A stretch of 64,000 bases of DNA, taken from positions 49,476,001 through 49,540,000 of the forward strand of contig NC_043013.1 of assembly GCF_006345805.1 (NCBI RefSeq), given 5' to 3'. Of this stretch, positions 1-11,790 are shown one piece after another. Numbering within the stretch: position 1 is the first letter of the stretch; each line of letters starts with the position of its first letter. The notes beneath the pieces were generated by a model that saw nothing but the letters and a program-made list of their open reading frames with translations, was not told the origin of the DNA and did not search any database. A program made the position numbers and the translations under genes. The DNA is from Octopus sinensis. Taxonomy: Eukaryota.

Positions 1-149
1 TAAAGATGTGCACGACCACCCTTGGACGGTTTTGAATGACCTTAGAAAGTGCGAGCCCTCTAACTGAAAAATTGTGGATTTGTATAAAGGACATGCACAC
101 ACACACACACACACACACAGACATTTTGCCATTTATATATATATAGAGA
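1..149 (-). mobile_element. Non-autonomous Helitron family H1, 5' part (runs off window start)
   Basis: Near-identical to 38650-38796 and to the reverse complement of 54389-54535; ends in TATATATAGAGA, the reverse complement of the TCTCTATATATA 5' terminus. Confidence 0.75.
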
Positions 150-902
150 TATGAAATTAAATAAATGATAAAGGAACACGAAATTAAGCAATGCACTTCA
201 TAGTCTTACAGTTGTTTCTTTTATAAGATGATGCATCAGCACTCAGCCCTTTGTATTTTTATTTAAAAGCATTGCTTACCTGTCAAGGTAAGTAAAATTG
301 AGGACATAAAAGTGTGTCTTTTCTGCACATCTCCCTCCCCCACATCCCATCTTCATAACGCCCCCCACCCCCACCTTCCCCATCCACAGAAGCTGCTGCA
401 TATATTATTTCTTTTAACATTAATGTCTGCTTCTGTTGTAATTAAATCTATGATATTCAGAATTGGGGTTTTTTTTTATTGTTGTTGTTATCTTATCATT
501 GAGTCTATTTTTTTGAATTTGCTTTTGTTGGTCAATAGTAAGTTCTACAGTTTTCAAATCTTGAATTACGACTCAATTTCAAATTATCATAACAATGGTT
601 TCCAATTTCAGAATTTCCAATTTTTAAGTCCACTTCACATTCCTTTCCATTTCTATTTTTGTTTCTGTTGTCCTGGTTTGGTGTCTTTTTTTTTTTTGTT
701 CATTGTTGTGCACTCCTTGGGTTTGTGGTGTTTCGTTACTCCCTTTGTGTTGCACATGTTAGCTCTGTTGCAGTATTTTACAGTCTCAGTACTTCTATTG
801 TTGCTAAGTATTATGTGACCAATATTTGTGTTTTCATAACGTATTCTTTCTTTACAAATGTTCAATTTCAATTCCTGATTCATTTTTTTTTTCAAGAATT
901 TG

Positions 903-1082
903 GGCATAGGAGTGGCTATGTCATAAATAGCTTGCTTACCAACCACATGGTTCCGGGTTCTGTCCCACTGCATGGCACCTTGGGCAAGTGTCTTCTACTA
1001 TAGCCTTGGGCTGACCAAAGCCTTGTGAGTGGATTTGGTAGACGGAAACTGAAAGAAGCCCATTGTATATATGCATATATAT

Positions 1083-1133
<51 letters not shown>

Positions 1134-1318
1134 TGTGTCTGTGTTTGTCACCCAACATCGCTTGACAATGTTTACGTCCCCCGTAACTTAGCAGTTCAGC
1201 AAAAGAGACTGATAGAATAAGTACTAGGCTTACAAGGAGTAAGCGCTGGGGTCGATTTGCTTGACTAAAGGCGGTGCTCCAGCATGGCCACAGTCAAATG
1301 ACTGAAACAAGTAAAAGG
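903..1318 (+). mobile_element. SINE family A (tRNA-derived head, CORE-like centre, internal TA/TG microsatellite)
   Basis: A-box-like TGGCTATGTC, B-box-like GGTTCTGTCCC, ACCTTGGGCAAGTG (resembles the MIR CORE motif), tail GACTGAAACAAGTAAAAG; homologous to about 20 other copies in the window. Confidence 0.9.
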
Positions 1319-1984
1319 AAAATTTACTTTCCAAAACAATTATATTTTGGAGAATACTCGAATAAAAGTGTTCATGCCAATGATAATAGGAGAAACTTTA
1401 TTTGCTGTAACCCAGGGTGATGACCACACAAAAATAGAAATGAAAAAAATCCAGAAAATGTCAATAGTAGTTGATGTTGAGAAACTGGTAACTGTTGAAA
1501 GTCAAGTAGTATGAATAGATGAAGAGGTGGGCTGTCATGGTTATATGAAAGTAGCAAGATAAGAAAAGAATAAAACAGAGAATGTCAAAAGCTTCATGAA
1601 GTAGTAACAATAAAAATCCAGTATTATTGTAAACCTCATGTATTTTGATGGAAACAAAGGAAATTGGATACGCATGTAGTTGCAATCGTGAAATCAGTTC
1701 TGGAAGTGCACATGGTTTTCTATCAAAGAATCAAATGGTGTTGGAAGTTGGTTTCTTTCTGATGACTGCTGGGGGTCATTTCTGCTGCTGCAACAGCCAC
1801 AACCACCACTACTACTACAACTAATACTTAAGCCATCACAGCTACTTCTACTAGTGAGACAGATATAGTGACAACTAATACTGCTACTATACAAGTATAG
1901 TGAAGTGAATGTTAAATAGTAAAGATAACAATGTATGCATGCATGTGTATGTATATATATATATATAATGTATATATATATTTA

Positions 1985-2130
1985 CATCTAATATAGGATA
2001 AAAATTTTTCGAAAAAAATTTTATCAATGGCCAGCATATTAAAAGATACCTTTAAAGGTTAAATTTATAAACAACTTATAAACAAGGGCAAAAGAGAAAA
2101 ATTTCTAATGCCAAATATGCCGAAACTAGA
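1985..2130. repeat. Unclassified interspersed repeat (second copy 32897-33045)
   Basis: CTAATATAGGATA...ATCAATGGCCAGCATATT...TTCTAATGCCAAA(A)TATGCCGAAA occurs at both loci, each next to a (TA)n tract. Confidence 0.7.
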
Positions 2131-2619
2131 CAAATCGTCCATAACCGTATAATTCATCACTATAAGTTATATATATATATATATATATATATGTAACAAA
2201 TGATGGAGATGGAAAATGGAATATACAAGAAACTTCATTGCTCACAATGATCATTTCAATGCATCTTGCATCAACCTCTCATGGGTGGGATACTATACAA
2301 CTGGTTGTGGTACAACAGTGACATTGTGTTTAAGCCATTAGGCTTACACATACTTCACTAGCAGCATATTGTATTAAAAGCAAGCAAAATAAAGGTTATT
2401 TAACAAGACACCCCTTATAACATCACCTGAGGAGATGCATCAGAACCAGTTGTACGGTATTCCATCTGCAAAGGATCATTGCATGGTCCATCAAAACAAT
2501 CGTTGTGAGCAATAAAGTTTCTTATATCTTCCATTTTCCATCTTTATCATGAACACTGAGAAATTCCCAAGGCAAATCCAGTGACAATTGTATAAATAAT
2601 GTAGATGACATCAGGTAGC

Positions 2620-2917
2620 CATAGGCAGTGACCATTGGCTTAGCACCGCCTTGACTGGCTTCTGTGCCGGTAGCACATAAAAAGTACCAACCAATCATGG
2701 TCGCTGCCAGCCTCCCCTGGCACCTGTGCCAGTGGCATGTAAAAAGCACCCACTACACTCTCGGAGTGGTTGGCGTTAGGAAGGGCATCGAGCTGTAGAA
2801 ACACTGCCAGATCAGACTGGAGTCTGGTTTAGCCATCTGACTTCCCAGACCCCGGTCGAACCGTTCAACCCATGCTAGCACAGAAAACAGACGTTAAACG
2901 ATGATGATGATGATGAT
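2620..2917 (+). mobile_element. Family C retroelement (modular body, RTE-like (GAT)n tail), 5'-truncated
   Basis: GGCATGTAAAAAGCACCCACTACACTCTCGGAGTGGTTGGCGTTAGGAAGGGCATC...CCCATGCTAGCA...ACGTTAAACGATGATGATGAT; shared with the 10158, 24935 and 49863 copies. Confidence 0.85.
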
Positions 2918-3111
2918 ATATATTGATCATAGGTATTATTTTTCTCCAATTGATTCTGATGAAATTACTTCTGGTGCTATAATGTAAAATACCTTACATA
3001 ATACACATAACTAAATCATTGTTACCATTCATGTCTACAGACACCTGCAAGTTGATGAAACAATTGTAAACCATGGAATAAATGCAATGCCATAAATCCC
3101 ATTCTTTACTT

Positions 3112-3148
<37 letters not shown>

Positions 3149-3330
3149 TAGAGAGAAATCAAAATGAAAGATGGGAACAATTAACATAAAAGACAAATGA
3201 CAAATATAACATGGAAATTCTCTAATCAGCCATGGATGCCAGAATGTAAGCACAGTTTCAGTGCAATATTAGTTCCATCATAATTAGATTCTCACATTTC
3301 ATTTTTCTTCTTTTGTTTTGTATTTTTGCA

Positions 3331-3548
3331 TACTCTCTTTACTCTTTTATTTGTTTCTGTCATTTGACTGTGGCCATGCTGGAGCACCACCTTTAGTCGA
3401 GCAAATCGACCCCAGGACTTATTCTTTGTAAGCCTAGTACTTATTCTATCGGTCTTTTTTGTTGAACCGCTAAGTTACGGGGACATAGACACACCAGCAT
3501 CGGCTGTCAAGCGATGTTGGGAGGACAAACACAGACACACAAACACAC

Positions 3549-3587
<39 letters not shown>

Positions 3588-3757
3588 CATATATATGACG
3601 GGCTTCTTTCAGTCTCCGTCTACCAAATCCACTCACAAGGCTTTGGTTAGCCCAAGGCTATAGTAGAAGACACTTGTCCAAGGTGCCACACAGTGGGATT
3701 GAACCCAGAACCATGTGGTTCGTAAGCAAGCTACTTACCACACAGCCACTCCTACGC
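3331..3757 (-). mobile_element. SINE family A, full length
   Basis: Reverse complement of the family A consensus from the (TACTCTTT) tail to the CAGCCACTCCTACGC head. Confidence 0.92.
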
Positions 3758-3956
3758 ATGTTCAAAATTGCATTCATATTTTACAACAATCTTGAAATCA
3801 AAGTTTATATAGCAACTGTAACTATTCAGCACTAGTTTGAACTTCCTCACCAAAATTTTTTCTTTTGCCATACTTGTAACTTCATCTAAGTCACAAAGTT
3901 TATAAAACGGAAATATAAAAAAAGAACTTACTGCTATACCTTTGCAAATAGCTACT

Positions 3957-4110
3957 TAACCTTTTGGCACCAACCTGCATGAAACAGATCCTAGTTCTAT
4001 GATAGAAATTTCCTATTCAAAATTTCATGTCAATTTATGTTCCAAACACCCACTTAATAACATGAAGGCTATTTTACCAAATTCTCAATATTTTTTCGAG
4101 ATTAGTTGAA
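3957..4110. mobile_element. Old piggyBac-like MITE fragment related to 30896-31115
   Basis: Starts TTAACCTTT; CAATTTATGTTCCAAACAC...TTAAT...TATTTTACCAAATTCT matches the reverse complement of the 30896 element. Confidence 0.5.
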
Positions 4111-4114
4111 ATAA

Positions 4115-4800
4115 AGGCATAGTCACAGAACTCGAAGGATTTCTACTTAAACAATAATATTCACTCCTATTTATACGAAATGGTATAGAACATGAAAAAC
4201 AATACCTGTAGAATAACTTCAAGCAATCAAAAAATGTAGAACACATATAACTAAATTTTCTCATGATACATAATCCATGTAATCAGAATATTTTTAAAGT
4301 CATCAAACCAGACAAATAAATTAAGGATTTAAAAATCAATTGAATGATTGGTCAAATAGCAGCTGAAAAACTTGAAACAATTGTTGGCAAAGCAAAGTTT
4401 GATCTTAATGACAATGATAAAATCTTTGCAGATTTAAATACAATGATAGTCATTGTGGTATATGTTGATTTATATATGATTGTCATCATAGAATCTCAAA
4501 TACAGGGAAGATATTTACAAATGCAAAATGAATTGCAAAAAGCGGAAATCTGATTGACACTATTAAATGTCTAAATTGTAAAGAAATATATAGAGGCCAA
4601 TCTGGAAATTCATTATCAGAACACATACAAGTAGACTGCCAGTAAATTAGTGATCTCAATGTCAGAGACATCTTATTAAGTAGTCATTTGAAAACATACT
4701 GTAATAAGAATTTCTTTGATATTTCCATTTTATAAAACTTATGACTCAAGTGAAGCAAAAGCAAAGAAAAGAAATTCAAACCAATTCTGAATGGATACTA
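4115..4800 (+). pseudogene. Penelope-like element relic (RT thumb/linker plus GIY-YIG endonuclease)
   Basis: Hand translation across stops and frameshifts gives LEGFLLKQ*Y, FLMIHNPCNQNIF, KNLKQLLAK, CGIC*FI and GNLIDTIKCLNCKEIYRGQSGNSLSEHI (from 4562), matching the C-x2-C-x3-YIGQTG pattern of PLE GIY-YIG domains. Confidence 0.75.
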
Positions 4801-5444
4801 ATATTAATTTGAACTTAACTGGATTTGAAAATAACATTCACTCACAAACTGTTGCAATACTAAAAGCATTTTATAGGTTTTCTCCCCTTGACTACATAGC
4901 AATGTCATTTTAGTTATAATTGTTGTTGCTATGTAAATATTCTCTTAGAAAGATTTGCTGTTGCTATGTAAAAAATTATTGACGGTTACCATTAAACTTG
5001 AAAGTGTTTCTGAAAATGCAAAACTAAAAAAGAATGAAATGAGAAAATACTGCTAATATATTACTTATGTGCATAAACTACCCAGGGTTTCCTGGCCAAA
5101 ATTTTAATTTATTTTGCCATTTATCAAACTCGTTAAAACAATAAGATTGTTTAGTAATTGTGTTTGATGCAATCAACATCTGAATGAGCAAGTACATTTA
5201 GAAAATGACAGAGAGAAACACAAGTGAGATAATTAACTTCACAATAAATATATCCAATGCCTTACAAATATCAAAATTACATAAACCAACAATGGAGTGA
5301 TTTATGATGTGTCAGGTGGATTATCATTAATTTCCACCAAGATGTATTTTGTAAAACGCAGACATAAAGAAAAAGTCTTACTCCCAGAACCTACATGGTC
5401 ACTAGAGGTATTTAAGATTTTTAAATAACACGGTTTTTCAAGCA

Positions 5445-5810
5445 AACCACATGGTTCCGGGTTCAGTCCCACTGCGTGGCATCTTGGGCAAGTGTCTTCT
5501 GCTATAGCCCCGGGCCGACCAATGCCTTGTGAGTGGATTTGGTAGACGGAAACTGAAAGAAGCCTGTCGTATATATGTATATATATGTGTGTGTGTGTGT
5601 TTGTGTGTGTTTGTGTGTCTGTGTTTGTCCCCCTAGCATTGCTTGACAACCGATGCTGGGGTGTTTACATCCCTGTCACTTAGCGGTTCGGCAAAAGAGA
5701 CCGATAGAATACGTACTAGGCTTACAAAGAATAAGTCCCGGGGTCGATTTGCTCGACTAAAGGTGGTGCTCCAGCATGGCTGCAGTCAAATGACTGAAAC
5801 AAGTAAAAAA
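5445..5810 (+). mobile_element. SINE family A, 5'-truncated
   Basis: Begins at ACCACATGGTTCCGGGTTCAG and continues to the GAAACAAGTAAAAA tail. Confidence 0.9.
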
Positions 5811-6821
5811 AAAAAAACATTTTATTGACCCATTAATATAAGGTTTGGCCTAAAAAAGGATCTTCCATTTGATGCAGCTGTCCTTAAATTTCCAGATTAA
5901 TGCAGACAGAGTTGTTGCTTGTCTCTTCTAGGGATGTCTAAAGATTAAAAGATAGTTGTTGTACCTGGATTTAAATTATCCTTCCACAGATTTAATACAA
6001 AGCTTGGTCCCAACCATTGCCATAATTTGCTGAGACGGTGCTTCATAAGCAAATATATAATAACATAAATATGGAGATAAATCTAAATGTCCTGTAGGGA
6101 AGGCATGCAATATATCCTCTAGAAGGGATAAATTACAGGATTCAATACAAATGTAGAGTATTGTTTAATACATTATAATTGAAAGGCTCCAGTTTTCAGT
6201 ACTTAAAATTATTCATTTCCAATCATCAGCTGGTAAATAGAACCTGGTTTAATTTTGAAACATCCCATATATATATATATATCTAATATAATAAATGCAA
6301 AAACTAATTTCTGTGTGTCAGTGTGTCACGCTTAAACCCCCTCTCTCACTATTTGATGACACTCCTACGATTCCTCATGAAGGGGTGACAGTAATACTAG
6401 GCATAGAAATGGTGAGGGCGGTGGTGAAGACAGAGAGAGAGAGAGAGAGAGAGTAAGAAAAAAAAGAAAGAAAGAAAAAGAGAGGAAGAGAAAGAGAGAC
6501 AAAAAAATTTAGGGAGAGTTGATGATGTTTTATTAAAAGCAGTAGTGTTGATGGTGGCAGTGGGAGTAATAATAAAAGAGAGAGAGATAGAGTGGGTATG
6601 TCAGAGAAAGAAGATGATGTACAAATTTGTTTAACCATGTCTCTGACAGAAATTCCTATCACCAGCATACTGAACGCTATCATTTTTGTTTTATTTTTGC
6701 TTTCTTTAATACACACACACATAGACACACACACACACACCACACACACACACACATAAAATACACTTTAAAATAAAGTTTCCCCAAAATTAAACCTATC
6801 TAATATAATAAATGTGCACAA

Positions 6822-7009
6822 GGCCTCAAATTTTAGGGGAATGAATTAAGTCGATTACATCGATCCCAGTACATAACTGGTACCAACTTTATCAACCCCA
6901 AAAGTATCAAAGGTAAAGTCGACCTCAGCAGAATTTGAACTCAAAACCTAACGGCAGATGAAATACTGCTAAGCTTGGTGTGCTAATGCTTCTACCAGCT
7001 CACCGCCTT
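6822..7009 (-). mobile_element. SINE family B, older copy
   Basis: Reverse complement of the AAGGCGGTGAGCTGGTAGAA head and GAGGTCGACTTTACCTTT body; TAATATAATAAATGTG is repeated on both sides. Confidence 0.75.
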
Positions 7010-7029
7010 AATATAATATAATAATATAA

Positions 7030-7535
7030 AATAATATAATAAATGTGTAAGTCAGTGTGTCAGTGCATCACACTTTTTCAACTTTAATCCTAGATGCTGT
7101 AGCCCAATATATCATACTATTTTGGATTCAGGCTGACTCTGTGAGTAAATCAAATACATTCCTGGCCAAATCCGGACCCACAATCCTGAAATTTGGGATT
7201 CCCAAGTATTCATTGCCGTGATTTTTTTACCTGACTTTTTATGACAAATTTTTTTGCACAATAACAATTTTTATAATCTAAAAGTTAACTCCATGAGTAA
7301 ATTAAAAACATTCCAGGCCAATCTGGACCTGCAATCCTGAAATTTGGGATTCCCAAGTATTCATTACTGCGATTGTTTGTGGCAATTTTTTTTTTACATG
7401 TTTTTGGTGACAAATATGATTATCATTGGGATATAATTCTGGAGGAAGCAATTGCAACAAATTCTCCAAAACAAGTCTGAGATCTGTTTGCAGATCTTCC
7501 CATTCAGGATCAGTTACTTAAAAACTATATACTAG
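7030..7535 (+). mobile_element. Possible non-autonomous Helitron-like element with an internal ~150 bp-period direct repeat
   Basis: 5' TAATATAATAAATG..GTCAGTGTGTCA resembles the Helitron-like start at 6282; CAATCCTGAAATTTGGGATTCCCAAGTATTCATT occurs twice (about 7180 and 7331); ends ATACTAG. Confidence 0.4.
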
Positions 7536-7722
7536 CTTAAAAGCCACCTTAATGAGATTATATACATATGTACATTTTGTATGTACATGTATATATATAT
7601 ATATTTATTTATTTATTTACTTTATATTAAAATTTTTTTATGTATTGATTAAGTCTTTCCTTGTTTGATTTACAAAATAGTGGTTTTGTCTCTAATTAAT
7701 ATTATATATATATATATATAAT

Positions 7723-7754
<32 letters not shown>

Positions 7755-8662
7755 AATAGATAGGTTTAAGAGACAGTATCACCCTCAAGCAACTCAATCA
7801 TCATTGAATGACATTATTCACCATATGTACATATAAGACTAAATATTAAAATTATCAAAATTAATACCTACAATTCTTATTCCAAATTTTCAAAATTAGT
7901 ACCTTCAATTCTTATTACAAATCATATACTTTAGATTATCTAGACTATGCACGTTTCGTGACAACATATTCCTTGATATTCCTTAAATCTACAAATATAA
8001 AACTCACTTGCAGGAACTTTTTTTACAAATTAAAACATTCAATATAAATTTCTGAAGTAACTTACAGGAAACCTGCCTTTTGTTATTTCCCTTGGTAAAT
8101 TTATATCTCTAGATTTTATTCTCTAATTTCATTAGCATCTTTATGATTACATTTACTTTATTACTAAGAAAAAATTCATACACTACTTATACCATCATCC
8201 TCATCAGTTTAAGGTTTAATTCTTCTTCATTGACATGTCTTAAAATCTCAACGGTTATTCCTGTTCATACTGTAAGACAGCTTTGCAGTGAACTTTTTTT
8301 GTGAGTCACATTTCCTGTAATTTATGCCAAAACACTTCACTTTCTCCTTGGCCTGCCTCTACCTCTTCAACATTTATTTTAATCAGTTCTCTAAATCATC
8401 ACTGTTGTTCCTTTCGTGTAGGGGGTACACACATGTGTGTGTGCATGTGTATGTGCACATGTAGGCATGTAAGGGTACATAATTTTAATATTTAGTCCTA
8501 TATGTACATATGGTGGATAATGTATTCACACGATAACATAAAGAAAGGTGAGATTTTATTCATGGAAGATAGGGCTCCATGCCACACAGTGAAAAGGAAT
8601 CAAACAATGGTTGACTGAAAATGGGATCAAAAAGCTTCCTTGACTGAGCCAATCTCCTGATA

Positions 8663-9081
8663 TACTCTCTTTTACTCTTTTACTCTTTTACTTGTTTCAG
8701 TCATTTGACTGTAGCCATGCTGGAGCACCACCTTTAACGAACAACTCGACCCTGGGACTTATTCTTTTGTAAGTCCAGTACTTATTCTATCAGTCTCTTT
8801 TGCCGAACCGCTAAGTAACGGGGACACAAACACACCAGCATCGGTTGTCAAGCAATGTTAGGGGGACAAACACAGACACACAAACACACACACGCATATA
8901 TATATATATATATATACATATATACGACGAGCTTCTTTCAGTTTCCGTCTACCAAATCCACTCACAAGGCTTTGGTCGGCGTGAGGCTATAGTAGAAGAC
9001 ACTTGCCCAAGGTGCCATGCAGTGGGACTGAACCCGGAACCATGTGGTTGGTAAACAAGCTACTTACCACACAGCCACTCC
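8663..9081 (-). mobile_element. SINE family A, near full length
   Basis: Reverse-complement match to family A from tail to head. Confidence 0.92.
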
Positions 9082-9340
9082 ACCCAATTGAAAATCTTTG
9101 GAGCATACTAGATAGAACTATACGATAATCTCGACAGAAATCTAAATCTAAAGATGAATTGTTTCGATTGTTGCATGAAAAGTGCATGTGTATGTGTGTG
9201 TGTGTGTACAGATTATACAAATATACATACATATGTGCATGTGTGTTGGCCATGCAGTGTGCAAGACTATGATCCCCTTCAACTGAGTGGGCTACAATAG
9301 AGAAGGAGGCAGCTTTAAGCTAGGCTATGAGGGGTTAAAG

Positions 9341-9559
9341 CAGTGCTTTTCAAACTTTTTGCTGGAGCGGAACCCCAAGGAAACATTCCACTGGCTCGAG
9401 GAACCCCTGTGCAATAATTTAATAGTCTTATGCACACATATCTGCACAGGAGATTTAAAAATTACTGCCGATTTTAGCAATTTTGTAACTTCTTGCGGAA
9501 CCCCTGGACTGTACTGGCAGAACCCTAAGGTCCCGAGGAACCCTGGTTGAAAACCACTG
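9341..9559. mobile_element. hAT-type MITE
   Basis: TIRs CAGTGCTTTTCAAAC / GGTTGAAAACCACTG; exact 8-bp TSD GGTTAAAG at 9333-9340 and 9560-9567. Confidence 0.85.
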
Positions 9560-9939
9560 GGTTAAAGTATGAGAGAAGGAGCCAGCATAGAACAGGTTTC
9601 TTGCTACAAAGAAGGTGCAAAGAAGCGTAGTCCATAGTATCCGTAGGTATCCAGTTGATCATCTTCATTGATTCATCTCTTCAGGTGATATAATATTAGT
9701 GGACGAGCCACAGAGGGAGATTTTTCTCTTTTACCAGTATGAAGGTCAAACGAGTTATGTGGGTATTTCTGTGAATATTAGGAAGGGAGGAATAGAAAGT
9801 GATGGAAATAGAGGTGTTCCCAATAGAGGGAGGTGATGAGAATAGAGGAAGGTGAATCCTCATCATCTTCTACTACTCCCCATCAAATATACACAGAAAT
9901 ACCCTCAAAACTCATTTGATCTTCATACTGGTAAAAAGA

Positions 9940-10155
9940 GAAAAACATCCCTCTGTGGTTCATCCATTAATATTATATCATCTGAAGAAATGAATCAATG
10001 ATGATGATCAGTCGGATGCCCATGGAGACTTGGACTACACAGTAATCATCGCAGGAATATGGATTGGGATCTTAAAAGTCATGTGATTTATGGAAATGCA
10101 TGTAGCAATGCATTAAATGTTTATAAATTCCATCCTAGGATTATTGTTATGATTA
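9940..10155. repeat. Unclassified old repeat (second copy about 13715-13915)
   Basis: AAACATCCCTCTGTG(G/A)TTCATCCA...AAATG(A/G)ATCAATGATGATG...TGGA(C)TA...ATGTAGC(A/G)ATG...TTTATAAA(T/C)TCCATCCT is shared by the two loci. Confidence 0.65.
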
Positions 10156-10157
10156 TA

Positions 10158-10421
10158 TCATCATCATCATCATCATTCAGCGTCCGCTTTCCATGCTAGC
10201 ATGGGTTGGACGGTTCAACTGGGGTCTGGGAAGCCAGAAGGCTGCACCAGGCTCCAGTCTGATCTGGCAGTGTTTCTACGGCTGGATGCCCTTCCTAACG
10301 CCAACCACTCCATGAGTGTAGTGGGTGCTTTTTACGTGCCACCTGCACAGGTGCCAGACAAGGCTGGCAAATGGCCACGATCGGATGGTGCTTTTTACAT
10401 GCCACCAGCACAGGTGCCAGT

Positions 10422-10422
<1 letters not shown>
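10158..10422 (-). mobile_element. Family C retroelement, 5'-truncated
   Basis: (CAT)n then CGTCCGCTTTCCATGCTAGCATGGGTTGG...GGATGCCCTTCCTAACGCCAACCACTCC, with two TTTTTAC(G/A)TGCCACC modules. Confidence 0.85.
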
Positions 10423-10450
<28 letters not shown>

Positions 10451-10458
<8 letters not shown>

Positions 10459-10851
10459 CAGTGTTCATTTAAACACATAAGAGTTGCACTGACAGGACAC
10501 CTAACGTGCTAGAAGGAACAGTTAAAATCCAAACCACAGTTGGGTAATTTCAAAGAGAATGAAAAGTAAAAACATTTACCATATTTTGTTACCAGACATG
10601 TTCTATTTTGCCTCATAATTATATGTTAATCTTTGGCGTATCTGCTGATGAGAACTTTGCCTAGCAAATTATTTTATTTGCTAATTAAAGTTCAAAACCA
10701 TTGTCCGATAACAAAAATAAGGTAAATGTTTTATTTTTCATTCTCTTCGAAATTACCCCTAACCATGGTTTGGATTTTGACTGTTCCTTCTAGCATGTTA
10801 GGTGTCCTGTCAGGGCGCCTCTTATGTGTTTAAATGTACACTAATTTTATA
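10451..10851. mobile_element. Foldback/MITE-like element with ~148 bp imperfect terminal inverted repeats
   Basis: 10451-10598 is the reverse complement of 10702-10851 (e.g. GACAGGACACCTAAC / GTTAGGTGTCCTGTC); TA at both ends. Confidence 0.75.
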
Positions 10852-10940
10852 ACAATAATATATAGTCTATTGACTATTTTCTGCATACTAGGCCACTGGT
10901 AGAAGAATTTCTATAATTTTCCACCCTGTATATTTTTCAA

Positions 10941-10945
<5 letters not shown>

Positions 10946-11017
<72 letters not shown>
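10946..11017. repeat. (TA)n microsatellite
   Basis: Uninterrupted TA run of about 70 bp. Confidence 0.95.
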
Positions 11018-11028
<11 letters not shown>

Positions 11029-11229
11029 TTACACATTCAGGATGCCAGGAATATTTGAAAACACTTAATTATCATTATTTTACTTTTTCCTCTCTTCAAA
11101 TGAATTCAAAGGTTTCTATTTCTTTAGATCCCTTATGTCAGGTAAAATATGTAAAATACTAATACAAGAAATGTAAAGACAAGCATTCATTGTCGCCATA
11201 TGTGTGAAACACAGTAATTTAAAAATTAC

Positions 11230-11790
11230 CAGCTTTCAAAATGTTGCAAGATCTTTTGTACATAAAATCTAAAGGGAGTTGGAAACCCCCAGTGGGAATC
11301 TTTCAACTGTATCGAAAACATTAAAAAAAAAATCATTCTAAAGTTTTGGACATTATAAGAATGCCACAATTCATCAAAGGGCCATCACCAAAGAACTTCA
11401 GGTGTCAGACTGGAATGCCAGAACTGTGGTACATAAAGGTATTTGATAGACGTTGTACATTCTGAGGAGAAACCTATTCAGGTCTGCAAAGAAGAATCAC
11501 TTGATCTGTGATAAAAGATTACTGAGCAATGTTAAAAACCCTCATCAACATAACATGCTTTGGTTCTTCTCTGATGAGAAAAATCTCAACCATGACCAAA
11601 AGGTTTAACAGGAGAAATGACAGATGGTTATGTGCAGATCCTTCTGATATCCCTTGAGCAGTAGACACTAATTTTTTAGCAATTGTGATGGTTTTAAGAG
11701 TGATGAGTAATGGAAGTCATGCCATACCATCTCTCATTTTTGCATAGGGTCTTAGAAATAATGCTGCTGGATATGTTCGTCAAAGGAGTT
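11230..11790 (+). pseudogene. Tc1/mariner-superfamily transposase relic (maT/DD37D-like by motif)
   Basis: Frame from 11381: AITKELQVSDWNARTVVHK..LYILRRN..KRLLSNVKNPHQHNMLWFFSDEKNLNHDQKV, then after a frameshift RRNDRWLCADP..IVMVLRVMSNG and GLRNNAAGYV. Contains several stops; only the first catalytic D is visible. Confidence 0.75.

Noticed and set aside
312-1003. 168/114/106 aa ORFs near the window start
   Set aside because: Low-complexity T-rich or A-rich composition with no recognisable domain.
11128-11141. Isolated plus-strand micro-exon-like signals (also near 23850, 41086 and 60704)
   Set aside because: Single splice-like motifs with no consistent reading frame or partner exons.
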